The notes under the pieces: model-generated | The model's input: the letters and a program-made list of their open reading frames with translations, nothing else | Told to the model about the DNA's origin: nothing | Databases searched by the model: none | Assembly (NCBI GenBank): GCA_963818965.1 | Contig: CAWFUG010000011.1 | Coordinates: 352,001 to 416,000 of the forward strand | Length of the DNA: 64,000 nt | Reading direction: 5' to 3' | From: an uncultured Verrucomicrobiae bacterium | GTDB lineage: Bacteria; Chlamydiota; Chlamydiia; Chlamydiales; Rhabdochlamydiaceae | Translations under genes and position numbers: made by a program | Shown here: one piece after another, positions 29,993 to 38,889 of the stretch | How the letters are laid out: each line of letters starts with the position of its first letter | How positions within the stretch are numbered: the first letter of the stretch is position 1

Positions 29993-32137
29993 ATGTCATA
30001 TCGACACGACGCTATAAGTAAACCCATTGACCCCTTTGCTTCAAAATACCAGGAGGCATTGCAACGTTGCTTCGATTTGTTTAACGAAGCAGATGCTGCT
30101 GAAACGCAAAAGGATGACATTGGTTTTTATAGAGCGGCCAAAGAAATTAATCAGCTCGCCCACGGCCCGTTAGGTAAGATTGCCCAACGTGTCTCACGCT
30201 CCCAAGTCCGTCAGCTGGACGAAGATTTGACGACGCGGATGAACTTGGATTGGGATGACTTCTGCGAAAAAGCCGATAGCGTAGTCACACGCGCTCAAAA
30301 AAAAATCGATCGCGCTGTAGCAAAACTCCAAACACTGGCGAATCAGGCAGACGCCACAGATGACCTCGAGACCCTGCAGAAGATCGTCCACAAAATCACA
30401 ACTCTCAATACTTCTGAAAAATTAAGTTTCTTCAAGGCAAAAAAAGATCTCAAGGCAATGCCCGCGAACATTCTAGACAAATACAATGCAAAGATCGTCG
30501 TAATTAAAGGCCAACTACCCCACTCAGATCCCGCACAGACAGCGCCCTCCCCCTTTCCCCAAAATGCAATACAAGTGCCGCAGCAGATCCTCCCCCAACA
30601 CGTTGCGCCTTCAACGACACCCCCTGCATCAAAAAATACGCAAACGACGACGACAACAACAGCCCCGGCTGTTCATGAGGACCATGAGATCAAATCCACA
30701 CTTAATTCTTGGACAGAAACTGACCAACTATCCGTTCCCAATATAGAAAAGCTCTGGGATGCTCTATCCAAAAAGATACCCCACAACTCTCCTGAGCAAT
30801 TTTTCTCTTATACATTGAGAGGATCATGGAAAAAGGCAGTGCAAATTCGATTTGAATCTTCTCAAGAACTTGACGACTTGAAAAACATAGCTAAGGAATA
30901 CTTGACTGCGCTGGAGACTATCTTCATACAGAATAAACAGTGGTACGGATTTGACAGTTCCGCTTGCGAGTTACTAAAGAGCCTGAGCGACACTCTCGCC
31001 TCTGAATTACAGAACCGTGTGAACGGCTATAAAAACATGCAGAAACTCCACCCAAAAAAAATGGCGAAGCTTTACCTGTCCCGCATAAATTTTGTAAGTT
31101 CTAACTACTACCCAGAACAATCTGGTGCTGAACTGAAGCGCGAATGGGATAATGGCCTAAGGGACTCGTGGAATGCAAGTTTCAAAAGGTGCTATCAGGC
31201 CAGGACTAGCCTCAACAGGTTACAAAAAGAGGATAACATAGAGGCGTGGTTAGAATGGTTAAATTCTAAGAATGAACAATACACGCTCGTCAAAACACTT
31301 ATAGATTTAGCTATAGTCGACTTAAATGCAAACAGCGCTGCAGTACAGAGCCCATTACCCCCCGCAGGTCTCACACAGACAACACAAGTCCCTGTTTCCA
31401 ATAAAAAAACACAAGTGCCACAAACGATCCCAAGCGCGCCAGTATCTGACTTAAAAGATGCTCTGGCAGCTGACAAAAACCAGAACTTCAGAATACAATG
31501 CACACTCGCTAGCTGGACCAAAGTCACTCCACCAACATCTCGCGCAATAGAACTAGTCTGGGATGAGTTATCTGAAGAGTTGACACTCCGCCCTCCTGTT
31601 TCTGCTAATGGAGCTCGTTCAGATCAGCTTAAACTCCTATGGGGACAAGCACTTCAAGCTCATCCTTTCCCAGACAATTATGAGTTACAAGAGATGGCTA
31701 AGAAATATTTAAGTAACCTGCGTTTTATTGTATTTGAACAAAAGGACGATTCCGCATTTAATGATGCTGCTTGCTTCTTACTGGGGAACCTGCGCAGCAG
31801 TCTTACATCCAGCATAGACTCCTTGATCCAAGCATATAGACGCAAACGGATCACAGACCGACAAGTTGCCAATCTCAATTTCATGTGCGAGACTGAGGGG
31901 CTTAAGCCCGTGTCTGATCAATTCTGTCCAGAACGAGCTAGTCACCAACTAAAGCTCATGTGGGTCCAGGAGCTGAGATCTTCGTGGAATGCGAATCAAA
32001 ACAGGCTCATTGCAGCCAACGCACGCTTCAACAATAACTTGGATATCTTGGGTAATAATCCAGATAAGTTATTAGAAATGGTAAGCTGTCTCGCTGAACG
32101 GCACAAACTCATGGAGACACTCATAGCGTGGTGCTAA
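29993..32137 (+). CDS. Array gene 5: hypothetical effector-like protein
   Basis: Shared N-terminal domain plus two copies of the SWT..IE..WD.LS module separated by P/T/Q linkers. Confidence 0.78.
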   Translation: MSYRHDAISKPIDPFASKYQEALQRCFDLFNEADAAETQKDDIGFYRAAKEINQLAHGPLGKIAQRVSRSQVRQLDEDLTTRMNLDWDDFCEKADSVVTRAQKKIDRAVAKLQTLANQADATDDLETLQKIVHKITTLNTSEKLSFFKAKKDLKAMPANILDKYNAKIVVIKGQLPHSDPAQTAPSPFPQNAIQVPQQILPQHVAPSTTPPASKNTQTTTTTTAPAVHEDHEIKSTLNSWTETDQLSVPNIEKLWDALSKKIPHNSPEQFFSYTLRGSWKKAVQIRFESSQELDDLKNIAKEYLTALETIFIQNKQWYGFDSSACELLKSLSDTLASELQNRVNGYKNMQKLHPKKMAKLYLSRINFVSSNYYPEQSGAELKREWDNGLRDSWNASFKRCYQARTSLNRLQKEDNIEAWLEWLNSKNEQYTLVKTLIDLAIVDLNANSAAVQSPLPPAGLTQTTQVPVSNKKTQVPQTIPSAPVSDLKDALAADKNQNFRIQCTLASWTKVTPPTSRAIELVWDELSEELTLRPPVSANGARSDQLKLLWGQALQAHPFPDNYELQEMAKKYLSNLRFIVFEQKDDSAFNDAACFLLGNLRSSLTSSIDSLIQAYRRKRITDRQVANLNFMCETEGLKPVSDQFCPERASHQLKLMWVQELRSSWNANQNRLIAANARFNNNLDILGNNPDKLLEMVSCLAERHKLMETLIAWC

Positions 32138-32181
32138 GCTCGCGGGGTATTATAAAAGTCGCAGCTGCGGTCCTATAAGCC

Positions 32182-32222
32182 AAGGGCTGAAAGGCTAAAA
32201 ATAGCCTTTCAGCCCTTCTTTA
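32182..32222 (+). terminator. Rho-independent terminator
   Basis: 16-bp stem AAGGGCTGAAAGGCTA/TAGCCTTTCAGCCCTT followed by CTTTT. Confidence 0.75.
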
Positions 32223-32361
32223 TATCCAAATGATCCACATATCTCCCTCTCTTATTGTGCAAACATCACCCAAACGACCTGTCTATCCACCCACAAGCAC
32301 TTAAATTTCAGCTGGGTATAAAAACCCGTTAAAAATAAATTAAAACCCCAAAAAAACAAAA

Positions 32362-32390
32362 TCGCTTAAAAACACACAATCACCTATAAT
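32362..32390 (+). promoter_or_regulatory. Putative promoter of array gene 6
   Basis: TCGCTT-17 bp-TATAAT; homologous to 27891-27919. Confidence 0.55.
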
Positions 32391-32449
32391 AGAGCTCAGA
32401 CAAACTAAATCTTAGACGTTTTTAAAGAAAAAATTAGGAGATAATCTTC

Positions 32450-34561
32450 ATGGCATATCTATACGACAATGTTAGCGGACGTACATCTTTTGACCCCTAT
32501 GCTCGAAAATACCAGATAGCATTGCAAAGTTGCGCTAATTTTTGTGAAAGCGCAGACCGCGCTGAAAAGGAAAAGGATGACATTGGTTTTTATAGAATAG
32601 TCAAAGAAATCAATCGACTCGTCCGCGGACCATTAAATAATCTTCACGAGAACGCCACACCCCAACAACTCAACAAGCTGAAATTCGATGAAGTGAAGGA
32701 AAAAGCTGATAAAGTAATCGCACGCGCTCGAGACAAAATCGATTGCACTGTAGTAAAACTTCAAAAACTGGCGAATCGGGCAGATGCTACAGATGACCTC
32801 GAGACCCTGCAGAAGATCGTCCACAAAATCACAACCCTCAATACTTCTGAAAAATTAAGTTTCTTCAAGGCAAAAAAAGATCTCAAGGCAATGCCCGCGA
32901 ACATCCTAGAAAAATACAAGGCAAAGATCGTCGTACTTGAAAGCCAACTACCTGACTCAGGTGCCACACAGACAGCGCACCCCCCTTTTTCCAACAACCA
33001 AACGCAAGCGCCGCAGCAGATCCTCCCCCAACACGTTGCGCCTTCAACGACACCCCCTGCATCAAAAAATACGCAAACGACGACGACAACAACAGCATCA
33101 GTTGCTTACGAGGACCACGAGATCAGACAACTACTCAATTGTTGGACAAACATTAACCAACCGTCCGTTTCCAAGATAGAGGAGCTCTGGGATGCTCTAT
33201 CCCAAAAGATACCCGAGAATTCTACTGAGCGATCTCATTCTTATGAATTGAGAAAATTATGGAAAGAGATAGTGGAAATTCGATTGGAGCATTCTCAAGA
33301 ACTTAACGATTTGAATAACCTGGCTAAGACATACTTGAATGAGCTGGAGCATATTTTCTTACAGGAGAGTTCTTGGTACTCATTTGATGCGACCGCTTGC
33401 AATTTAATGAGGAGGCTGAGCTCAACTCTCTACAACAGCCCACAAGCTGCCGACTCTGAATTGATGCACTTACTAAAAACGGTTATGGAAATCGAAAAAT
33501 CCCGACCAGAACACACAGCTAGTTTTCAGTGCCTGTTCCCCCTAACAGTTCTCTCTGAGAACTACTACCCACAAAAATGTAGCGATCAACTGAGGTCCGA
33601 GTGGGACAGTGGCTTAAGATCTAAGTGGAATGAGAGTGTGCAAAGATGCCGTTTTGCCCAGAGGATCGTCGATAAATTACAAGGCAGCAATGATCGAGAA
33701 GCATTGTTAGAACACGTGGCGTCTTTGATTGAACAAAACAAGGTCTTCAAAACATTCTTAGAAGCAGCGGGGATAGATTTGAATGCAAATAGCGCTGCCC
33801 CACAGAGCCCACCACCTGCACACTCTGCACCAAAAAAGTCATCCAAAGCTGAAAAGAACTCTCCCTCTGCACAGACTGCTCCAGCCGCTCCTAGTGCCAA
33901 ACCAGTCGTCTCCATACCAGACTTTAAGACTGCTCTCAGTCAGCTGAAGAGCGCCCCGGATAAAGGAGCTAATGGAATCGGATCCCTCTGGTATGCGCTT
34001 GCCCAACAGGCGGCAAAGCGACTCAAGCTCCCCGATTGTATGGTCAGCGGTCTTTCTTTCCGAGCAGTGTTTGAAAACGTCGTAGCTGGCACAAAAACAC
34101 AGTGGACGGCTGCATGGGATCAAGCAGAAGATTCTCAAGAGCGCGAACAATTGTTAAACGATGCCCATGTGCACATCGAGAGTTTGATTGACGCGCTCTA
34201 TCTCGGTAGCTATGCCTCATTTCTTTCAAAGACACGGAAAATGATAGCGACTCAAAGTGCTACTCTTGAAGATAAGATCGAGAGGCTCACGAAAAAGCTC
34301 CAGAAAAAGAACTTTGTGTGGCCACAGCGCAATGCAGAAGTACAGCCAGGGAATTCAGAGATGCAACAACTAGCTCTTCTCGATAAGAGAGTGCAACGTC
34401 TCGATGAGGAAAAAGACCAACTGGGACAGCTCCACCTGAACTCAAGTCTCGCTGACATAATCGCCCGCGATTCCAACGACGTGCGCCAGATGCACCTTCG
34501 TTCAGAACAGTATAATATTCTGCGAAAAATCGCTGCAACATATGGGATCCAAACTCCTTAA
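32450..34561 (+). CDS. Array gene 6: hypothetical effector-like protein
   Basis: Shared N-terminal domain (locally near-identical DNA to gene 5), WDALS module, divergent C-terminus. Confidence 0.78.
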   Translation: MAYLYDNVSGRTSFDPYARKYQIALQSCANFCESADRAEKEKDDIGFYRIVKEINRLVRGPLNNLHENATPQQLNKLKFDEVKEKADKVIARARDKIDCTVVKLQKLANRADATDDLETLQKIVHKITTLNTSEKLSFFKAKKDLKAMPANILEKYKAKIVVLESQLPDSGATQTAHPPFSNNQTQAPQQILPQHVAPSTTPPASKNTQTTTTTTASVAYEDHEIRQLLNCWTNINQPSVSKIEELWDALSQKIPENSTERSHSYELRKLWKEIVEIRLEHSQELNDLNNLAKTYLNELEHIFLQESSWYSFDATACNLMRRLSSTLYNSPQAADSELMHLLKTVMEIEKSRPEHTASFQCLFPLTVLSENYYPQKCSDQLRSEWDSGLRSKWNESVQRCRFAQRIVDKLQGSNDREALLEHVASLIEQNKVFKTFLEAAGIDLNANSAAPQSPPPAHSAPKKSSKAEKNSPSAQTAPAAPSAKPVVSIPDFKTALSQLKSAPDKGANGIGSLWYALAQQAAKRLKLPDCMVSGLSFRAVFENVVAGTKTQWTAAWDQAEDSQEREQLLNDAHVHIESLIDALYLGSYASFLSKTRKMIATQSATLEDKIERLTKKLQKKNFVWPQRNAEVQPGNSEMQQLALLDKRVQRLDEEKDQLGQLHLNSSLADIIARDSNDVRQMHLRSEQYNILRKIAATYGIQTP

Positions 34562-34580
34562 AGACGAAAGTATATCCAAA

Positions 34581-34606
34581 AGGGGGGCTCTTGTAAGAGC
34601 CCCCCT
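34581..34606. terminator. Probable bidirectional terminator
   Basis: AGGGGGGCTCTT-GT-AAGAGCCCCCCT between convergent array gene 6 and rseP. Confidence 0.7.
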
Positions 34607-34611
34607 CTTCC

Positions 34612-36552
34612 CTAGAAGAACCTGCCGAAGAGGCGCATGAGGTCGTGGTAGGTGAGATAGATGAAAAGAGCCACGAGCAGGACGATGAAGGGGATGATGA
34701 GTCGCTCCATCGTTTTGGCGGGGATCGGTTTTTTGGTGATCCATTCCCAGAGGGAAAAGCAGATGTGGCCACCGTCTAGGACGGGAACGGGTAGGAGGTT
34801 CAAGACGCCGAGGTTCAGGCTGATCATGCCGAGCCAGAAGAGGGCTTCTTTAACACCGACACCCCAGCTGTGCTGCATCACTTGTACGATACCGACGGGG
34901 CCCTGCATGTACTTGGGGCTGACGTTGCCGGAAAAGAGGGCGATGAGCGTTCTCCACGTCTCTTTAAAGACATTGCCGAATAGGGCAAAGGGAGAGGGGT
35001 TGTAGACCACACGCCGATCGACTGGGGAGATCCCGAGCATCCACTGATGGTTAATCCCTTCGATGAGTTTTAAGGTCTCTTCTCTTTGTTCTGGATCTTC
35101 GATCTGTTCTGCGTTTTTTGTCTGTTGTTCAAAGTCTTTAGCGATCCGCTCTTTGACTGTTTCTGAATAGGGGTACTGGCTTCTCTGCACGGGGATGACG
35201 GGATTTAGGCGTCTTAAAGTGCCGCGTTCTTGGATCGGTTCAGGGGTGCCGATCGCGTGAATCATCTGGTGCAGTCCTTTCCAGTCGATGTCTGCGAGAA
35301 AGGCTTTATCTGCATCTTTCCAAAGGGCAGGTTTTTGCTCTCCCTCTTTTTTCACGATGATTTGGATGTGGCGGGTCTGCAGCTGGTGCAAAAGAGCAGA
35401 GGCGGAATCGATCGCGATCCCATCAACGGCTACGATCTGATCTCCCACTTGGAGAGGCATATCTAGAGGAGAGCGAACAGATTCTGTCGGTGTTTGTTCC
35501 AGCGTCTCTTCATTGAGATAGGTGAGGGAATTTTCGACGAAGCCAGAAGGGTTCAGGGTATAAGGGATGAAAAAGAGATCGGAGAGCTTGGACTTGGTCT
35601 CTGAGGCGTGTTGCCAGTCTTGGAGCTCTGCTCTTTGGCTATTATCTATTTTTAAATCGGAAATCTTGAGTCGGGGCACACGGACGAGGGAGAAGGCCTC
35701 CCCTCTTCGGATGGTCAGAAGCGCTTTAGATTGATTGACCAATGAGATGAGCTGTTCCTTGGAAAAGACGACGTCGCCATCGACCCAGAGGATCCGGTCG
35801 TTGGGCAGAATCCCACTTCCATACATGGGAGATCCCTTATTCGGCTTGCCTAACGGGTACTCGCGGTAAATGAGATAAGAAGCAGGACCGAATGCACTAA
35901 AGACGCTCGAGATGCGCTCTTCTGGCTTGGCGCGCGCATGGGAGGGAAATTGGAAGGTAAAGGGTTTTTTTTCTCCTGTAAAATAATCGACTTTTTCGCC
36001 TGAGATTTGAGGCGCAGTGTCTTCGAACACAGCGGCGTAGAGGAGATCTTGAAATTGATGAAACGGGTGGTGGTTCAACTGTTCGATCCAGTCTCCGGGG
36101 CGCACTTCTGCTTGATAGAGAGTGGAAGAGGAGTCGACCCAGCCGATGATCTTGGTGTATTCAGAGAAGGGTTTAAACCGGCCGCCTGCGATGAAGAGGA
36201 GTAAAAAAGCGAGGAAAGCAAAACCGATGTTGACGAAGGGTCCTGCGAGGGCGACTTTGATGCGCGCTAAAGGGCCTTTCCCATAAAAGCCATCGGGGAT
36301 TTGATGGGGCTCTAGCATTCCCTTCTTTTCCATCCCGGCGATCCGGACATACCCACCAAACGGGAGGACGCACAATTGCCATTTGACTCCTTGGTATTCC
36401 CAAGTGCGAAAGGGTTTTCCAAAGCCGATCGAAAAGATCTCGACGGTCATCCCCTCTCTTCTGGCGATCCAGTAATGACCGAGTTCGTGGATGAAGATGA
36501 GAAACCCTAAGCCAAGGGCTCCTAGGACGATATAGAGAAGGCTAAATAGCAT
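34612..36552 (-). CDS. rseP: M50 site-2 protease RseP with PDZ domains
   Basis: IFIHELGH, PFGGYV, AGPFVN, NLLPVPVLDGG; downstream of dxr. Confidence 0.93.
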   Translation of the reverse strand: MLFSLLYIVLGALGLGFLIFIHELGHYWIARREGMTVEIFSIGFGKPFRTWEYQGVKWQLCVLPFGGYVRIAGMEKKGMLEPHQIPDGFYGKGPLARIKVALAGPFVNIGFAFLAFLLLFIAGGRFKPFSEYTKIIGWVDSSSTLYQAEVRPGDWIEQLNHHPFHQFQDLLYAAVFEDTAPQISGEKVDYFTGEKKPFTFQFPSHARAKPEERISSVFSAFGPASYLIYREYPLGKPNKGSPMYGSGILPNDRILWVDGDVVFSKEQLISLVNQSKALLTIRRGEAFSLVRVPRLKISDLKIDNSQRAELQDWQHASETKSKLSDLFFIPYTLNPSGFVENSLTYLNEETLEQTPTESVRSPLDMPLQVGDQIVAVDGIAIDSASALLHQLQTRHIQIIVKKEGEQKPALWKDADKAFLADIDWKGLHQMIHAIGTPEPIQERGTLRRLNPVIPVQRSQYPYSETVKERIAKDFEQQTKNAEQIEDPEQREETLKLIEGINHQWMLGISPVDRRVVYNPSPFALFGNVFKETWRTLIALFSGNVSPKYMQGPVGIVQVMQHSWGVGVKEALFWLGMISLNLGVLNLLPVPVLDGGHICFSLWEWITKKPIPAKTMERLIIPFIVLLVALFIYLTYHDLMRLFGRFF

Positions 36553-36554
36553 GA

Positions 36555-37694
36555 TTATTCCTTAATAGCTTGCTCTCGTGCCATCTGGTCGGTCGCGAGA
36601 ATCTGTTCTAAATTTACCCCTTTCTGCGATTGAAAACGATGAAATAATCGCTCGAGTTTATGGGGAATGTCGATCCAGCGGATCTTTCCTTGAATGAATT
36701 GCTCGACGAGGACTTCATTGGCAGCGTTTAAATAACAGGGCGCATTGCCTCCGAGGTGAAGCGCTTCAAAGGCGAGGTCGAGACACAAAAAGCGGGAAGG
36801 GCGGGCGGGAAAGAAATCTAAGCGGGAAAAACGTTGGAAGTCAAAAGGAGCGAGAATTCCTTCTTCCCGTTTGGGATAGGTCAAGGCGTACTGGATGGGC
36901 AGGATCATATTCGGCTCAGACATCTGCGCTAGAATCGAGCCGTCGCGCATTTCGACCATGCTGTGGATTAGGCTCTGAGGGTGGAAGACGACATCGATCT
37001 TTTCTACGGGCATCTGGAAGAGGAAATGGGCTTCGATCACTTCGAGGCCTTTATTCATGAGGGTGGAAGAGTCGACGGTGATCTTTGGTCCCATGCTCCA
37101 GTTGGGATGAGCGAGGGCTTGGGCTAGAGTAACTTGTTCCAACTGCTCGGGAGAATGGTGGAGGAATGGGCCACCTGACGCTGTCACGATGAGACGGCGC
37201 ACTTCAGAGGGGTCTTTCCCTTCGAGGCATTGGAAGAGGGCGCTATGTTCGCTGTCGATAGGGAGGATGGAAACCCGGTTCACGCGTGCGCGCTCCATGA
37301 CGTACTCCCCTGCTGCGACTAAGACTTCCTTATTGGCGAGGGCGACGGTCTTCTTCGCCTCAATCGCAGCCAGCGTCGGGCTGATGCCGATACTGCCAGA
37401 GAGGGCGGAGACGACGCAATCGACGCCATCTAGCGCAGCGACTTCTCTGAGTCCCTCTTCTCCTGCGACGACGCGGATGTGAGGGAGCCGTTTCTGCAAT
37501 TCCAGGGCTTTTTTTTCCTCGTAGACGGCGATGAGGGTGGGATGAAATTCGTGAGCTTGGAGCTCTAGGAGATCGATGTTTGATTTAGCAGCGAGCGCTA
37601 AGACTTCAATAGATCCCTTGAGGTGGCGAACGACTTGTAATGTGCTCTTACCGATCGACCCCGTCGATCCCAATATGGAAATTCTTTTATTCAT
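36555..37694 (-). CDS. dxr: 1-deoxy-D-xylulose-5-phosphate reductoisomerase
   Basis: ILGSTGSIG, LANKE, PIDSEHSA, HPNWSMGPKITVDSSTLMNKGLE; start ATG 37694. Confidence 0.97.
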   Translation of the reverse strand: MNKRISILGSTGSIGKSTLQVVRHLKGSIEVLALAAKSNIDLLELQAHEFHPTLIAVYEEKKALELQKRLPHIRVVAGEEGLREVAALDGVDCVVSALSGSIGISPTLAAIEAKKTVALANKEVLVAAGEYVMERARVNRVSILPIDSEHSALFQCLEGKDPSEVRRLIVTASGGPFLHHSPEQLEQVTLAQALAHPNWSMGPKITVDSSTLMNKGLEVIEAHFLFQMPVEKIDVVFHPQSLIHSMVEMRDGSILAQMSEPNMILPIQYALTYPKREEGILAPFDFQRFSRLDFFPARPSRFLCLDLAFEALHLGGNAPCYLNAANEVLVEQFIQGKIRWIDIPHKLERLFHRFQSQKGVNLEQILATDQMAREQAIKE

Positions 37695-37745
37695 ATACCC
37701 CAAAACCCTTCAAACGTTAGACGTAGTTTGGCGCAAAGACGCGCG

Positions 37746-37897
37746 ACCACAAAGAGAGTCCTAATTTGAAAATCTCCTCTCTGTGGTGAGAATTTTTTAA
37801 CCACAGAGAGGGGAAACCACAGAGAGGAGATTTTCAAAACAGCTTTTCCAACCAAGAAATCTAATATGAATTTTCTCTCTGTGCTTTTCCGTTTCTC
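37746..37897. repeat. Family A composite element, copy 4
   Basis: 23-bp perfect IR TTTGAAAATCTCCTCTCTGTGGT/ACCACAGAGAGGAGATTTTCAAA plus extra arms; AACCAAGAAATCTAATATGAATTTTCTCTCTGTG segment shared with 44565. Confidence 0.85.
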
Positions 37898-37911
37898 ACA
37901 CAAATTTTGAG

Positions 37912-38889
37912 CTACCTTCGGTATAAAGTCAATCTCCTGGTCACTCTCTTGGACAAAAGCGTGAGAAAATACAAGGCTCCAAGGAGCGTGACCACGAGCC
38001 CTGCCGTAGAGACAGGGAACTGATGGATGGAGAGAAGGTGGCGTGCCAAAGCAACGCTCAAGAGGGAGATGAGCATCCCTAAGGCTGCTGCTAAAAAGAG
38101 CATGTGCTTGAGACGGTGGACGAGTAGGCGAGCCGTGAGAGCGGGGGCGGTGAGGAAGGTCAAAACGAGGAGGACGCCGACAGCGCGGAAGGCGCTGATG
38201 ACAGTAGCTGAGGTCAGGACCATCAGGAGGTAATTAAAAAAATGACTGGAAAACCCTTGAGAATCCCCAAAAGGTGCATCGAACACGGTCATCTTAAATT
38301 CTTTGTGAAAGAGGAGAATCAGGATGATGTTGATACAGGCAACGGGCAAGACGATCGAGAGGTCGTGCAGGTGCAAGGCATCGACGTTTCCCATGATCGC
38401 CTCTGTTCCGATGTGAGCGTTGCGGGTGAAGAGAGTCACGAGGACGATACCTAGGGCAAAGAGGGTCGTAAAGACCAGGCCGATACTCGCATCTTCTTGT
38501 AAGCGCAAAAAATGGGTTAAGGCATGGGTCAGTGTGGTGGTAATGAGAGCTGTAGCAAGAGAGGCTAGGAAGAGCACTTTGAGGCTGATTTGATACGCGT
38601 GCACCTCACTTGCAGGGAGAAAGGGGATGAGGATCAAGTAGGCGATGACGATTCCGATGAGTAAGGTATGAGAGAGTGAGTTAGCGAGCATGGTCATCTT
38701 CTTGAGGACCAATAAGGTTCCTGTCAGGGCAGAGGAGATAGCGACGAGGCAGAGAACAAAGATCTGGATTTCGTCTGAAGCCAAATTCTCGAGGGAAAGC
38801 TGCCCCGTACATAGGGCGAATACTCTCTGAAAAAAAATCAGGAAGAAACTGAAAAAATCTTGATTGAAGTAGGGATTGGCAGCGAACAT
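37912..38889 (-). CDS. ytgD: Metal ABC transporter permease YtgD
   Basis: ABC-3 permease motifs (MLANSLSH, EDASIGLVF, FRAVGVLLV); TGATG overlap with ytgCR. Confidence 0.9.
   Translation of the reverse strand: MFAANPYFNQDFFSFFLIFFQRVFALCTGQLSLENLASDEIQIFVLCLVAISSALTGTLLVLKKMTMLANSLSHTLLIGIVIAYLILIPFLPASEVHAYQISLKVLFLASLATALITTTLTHALTHFLRLQEDASIGLVFTTLFALGIVLVTLFTRNAHIGTEAIMGNVDALHLHDLSIVLPVACINIILILLFHKEFKMTVFDAPFGDSQGFSSHFFNYLLMVLTSATVISAFRAVGVLLVLTFLTAPALTARLLVHRLKHMLFLAAALGMLISLLSVALARHLLSIHQFPVSTAGLVVTLLGALYFLTLLSKRVTRRLTLYRR

Noticed and set aside
22236..34561. Diversity-generating retroelement or invertase shufflon driving the array
   Set aside because: No reverse transcriptase, recombinase, adenine-specific TR/VR pair or inverted cassettes found.
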